64,000 nt of DNA from positions 434,001 through 498,000 of the forward strand of contig NEEC01000016.1 of assembly GCA_002189035.1 (NCBI GenBank), in the 5' to 3' direction. Shown here piece by piece: positions 61,492-64,000 of this stretch. The position numbers were made by a program, and so were the translations under genes. This DNA comes from Utricularia gibba. Its lineage: Eukaryota; Plantae; Magnoliophyta. Below the pieces are notes generated by a model. The model was not told the DNA's origin, did not search any database, and saw only the letters and a list, made by a program, of their open reading frames with translations. The first letter of the stretch is position 1. Each line of letters starts with the position of its first letter.

Positions 61492-63028
61492 CCATGCTCT
61501 GTTTTTTAACTAAACAGAGAACACCCTATTATAGAAATCGAATGTTGCAGAATTTGTTAAACACAACAGCAGAGCAAAGACGTTACACATACAGCAAGAA
61601 AGGTAAGATCAGGGATTCTATGTCGCATAAAATAGAAAACTAGAGCACAAATACAAACCATGAAAAGGCACAACACAACGAATATCAATTAATAACTTTT
61701 TACATCAATGCACAACTACTACCTACTAGTGATCAACATAAAGACCATCAACTAAACGAGCTTATAATAGAGCAAAATCAGCTCCTACTATCACCAACTT
61801 CGTAATCACAACATTACGCAATCACTCACCATGCAAATGCAGCTAGAGACAATTATGCAATAAGAAAATCCCCAAAATACCATCTTTATATTACACAATT
61901 AATTAATGCGCGGCAAAATGAACTTCGTCTAGGCATAAATGAACTTGACAGCAAGCTCACAATTTCTCAGCAGGGACGCCAATATGCCACCTGGATTACA
62001 CGGTAAGTATTCAACGATTGGACGAGTAAACTAGAAAAACCCTTCGTTTACAGCCTTGTTTTTTTTTCTCGCTAGGGTTTTTGGTTTTGATGAAGAAACA
62101 ATCCCAACTCAATATGGCGTTTCACTTCCACATGCAAAAATCGAGCAACCCCCTTGTGAATTCACCGCAGAGACCAAAAAATACAAAAAAAATTAGAAAA
62201 AAATGGTTGTATCATCCGGCAGAACTCCCCTCTTCCCGGGAATTCAATATACGAATCTCAGGCTCGTCCCGTTCCCGTTCCCGTTCGTGGGGAATATTTT
62301 CAGTTCAGCGTATCAGCAATTTAATATTTCTTATATTAATAATAATTATTATTATACTCACGTACCCGGTACCCACCCTGCAATGCACAGTCAGATTCAG
62401 TCAGATTATTTTATTTTTTACAAAAAGAAATTATAAAATCATGCTTTAAGTAATTAAATATAAATAATGTTTCTGTTCTCATTTCGTTTGATATTTTTAA
62501 ATATATATTGTGATAATTCCTAAGAATAGATTCTCTAAAAAAGAAAAGGGTAAAGATGGAACATTTTTATAGCTTGATCTTAAAAGTCAGATGATGCAAT
62601 TAAATTAGTTTTATATCTCAATCATTCGATCTCTAATGGTTTCTGTGCAAAGTAATTAAGGTATAATTAAATTTAACCTAATCCCTATTACAAATTATTA
62701 GTAATTTAAAATGATTCAGTCACGATTTTTTTAAATAATCTTCCCCATCTCTTGTAGGTTGAAATGTAACTAACTAAGCTTTATACTTCAATTCAAAAAC
62801 CCCACAATGAAACTGTCAAAAAAAAGTGTGAAAATCTGTACTCTGGACAAGAATGCTCAAGAACAGAAAATACTCCCCAGGCTCAGATAAAAAATCATCA
62901 CCATCATCAGCAACATGAGGATCTCCAGAATTTGGTTTCAAATGCCTCAAGAGATGAATGTAAAGCCTGTAGGAATAGGTATCCTCTGATAGCAGGAAGC
63001 AACTAACCGGTGTTTCCTTCAACTGATG

Positions 63029-63488
63029 CTATTGATCGTTGTGATCATCTCCTGAAACAATGTCATCATATGAGACGGGCACCCGTATTCGATCATGAAC
63101 TGATCTACGTTTCTGGGCATCAGTTGGAATCTCAAACTGGATGCTGTCTTCAGGGGTGACCTTTGGAACAGTGGATGGATCACTTTGCAAAGTGGCCTCT
63201 ACCGGCTGCTTCAGTTCTAGCTTGTTATTAGCTTGTTGCTTAAATTGCTTCTGTGAGAGCACAAGATTAATGCATCAGATGCTCATATGTCAGCTCATAC
63301 ACATGAAATTCTTGAACTGTGCACAACGAGAAACGTTTACATACCTCAAACTCTTTCCCCTTTTTCATTATTTCCTTATACGCAGTTGGATCACGCACCT
63401 TGATGAGGCTCCACAATATACCACCACCATTACGAAACCGGCTTCCATCTGCAGTTCTTTGCCCTCCGCATGATTGAATAGCATCCAC
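63029..63488 (-). CDS. PHAX: PHAX RNA-binding-domain protein (At3g20430-like), last two exons 63488-63345 and 63250-63029; 5' exons outside the window
   Basis: VDAIQSCGGQRTADGSRFRNGGGILWSLIKVRDPTAYKEIMKKGKEFE|KQFKQ...RRSVHDRIRVPVSYDD. Confidence 0.88.
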
Positions 63489-64000
63489 CTGAAAGTCATT
63501 TATGTCATGGTATGCGGGAAAAACACCCACGGACTGCTAAGGTCAAAACTGCATGCTCATGCTTGACTTCATAAATGACACAGCCACAAGTTGATTATGT
63601 GATCAATTAGTGGAGTCGATAGGCAAGATTTATCACGAGCCTTCTCTTTTTGAAAAAAAAAATATTAACAGGAGTATCCAGATTTGATGAAGGCTTCGTG
63701 GCTAATTGCCTCGAATCCCACCAATCAGCAAGAATGCTGGGTGTATTAATCTCGTGTGAGAGGCGACTAGGAAAAAGTGAAAATTGAGCCATAAATGCAA
63801 AACCATGAAAATCAACCTACATCAATGGAAAAGATGAGGAAGCATTCTTATATCAAAGTTTCATTTGGATGAAAGCAAGAAATTCTTCAAACGGTGGATC
63901 TGCGAATGAATTGAGACAACATCAAACCAAGAGCAAGAAGACACAGTCCGAAAGCATGTGGGGTGTTGTGGTTTAATTTGTCTCACCTTCAATTAGAAAA

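Noticed and set aside
62816-63028. In-frame ORF after the PHAX TAG, suggesting stop read-through
   Set aside because: The context UAG-CAU-CAG does not match the UAG-CAR-YYA read-through signal and the peptide has no recognisable features; likely chance in the 3' UTR.

Overview
Gene-dense nuclear DNA of a eudicot plant. An asterid, probably Lamiales-like, compact genome is inferred from protein style and short introns; this is not proven. There are 19 protein-coding genes in 64 kb, about one per 3.4 kb. In order: DEAD-box-like P-loop protein (partial), myotubularin, histone H2B, GH3 beta-glucosidase, BTR1/NOVA-like KH protein, glycine-rich wall protein, S-protein homolog, PP2A B' subunit, cytosolic LeuRS, OTU deubiquitinase, mitoribosomal rPPR4-like PPR, m6A-writer subunit MTB, PH-START-DUF1336 (EDR2-like), GATA factor, alpha-tubulin, GOT1, PLS-class PPR, EAF1-like, PHAX-domain gene (partial). 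No rRNA, tRNA, CRISPR array or intact transposon was recognised, and I found no convincing new multi-gene system. The main signals are four. (1) Eight single-base deletions, all in short C/G runs, break five otherwise intact genes including the essential MTB; these are most likely long-read consensus errors. (2) The EAF1 copy appears structurally reduced, with a shortened HSA region and a premature stop followed by decayed coding sequence. (3) The alpha-tubulin ends in Tyr-Glu instead of Tyr. (4) There are four GC-AG introns and a few unexplained non-coding elements. Gene models were spliced by hand. Homolog comparisons rest on recalled family consensus, not on database searches.
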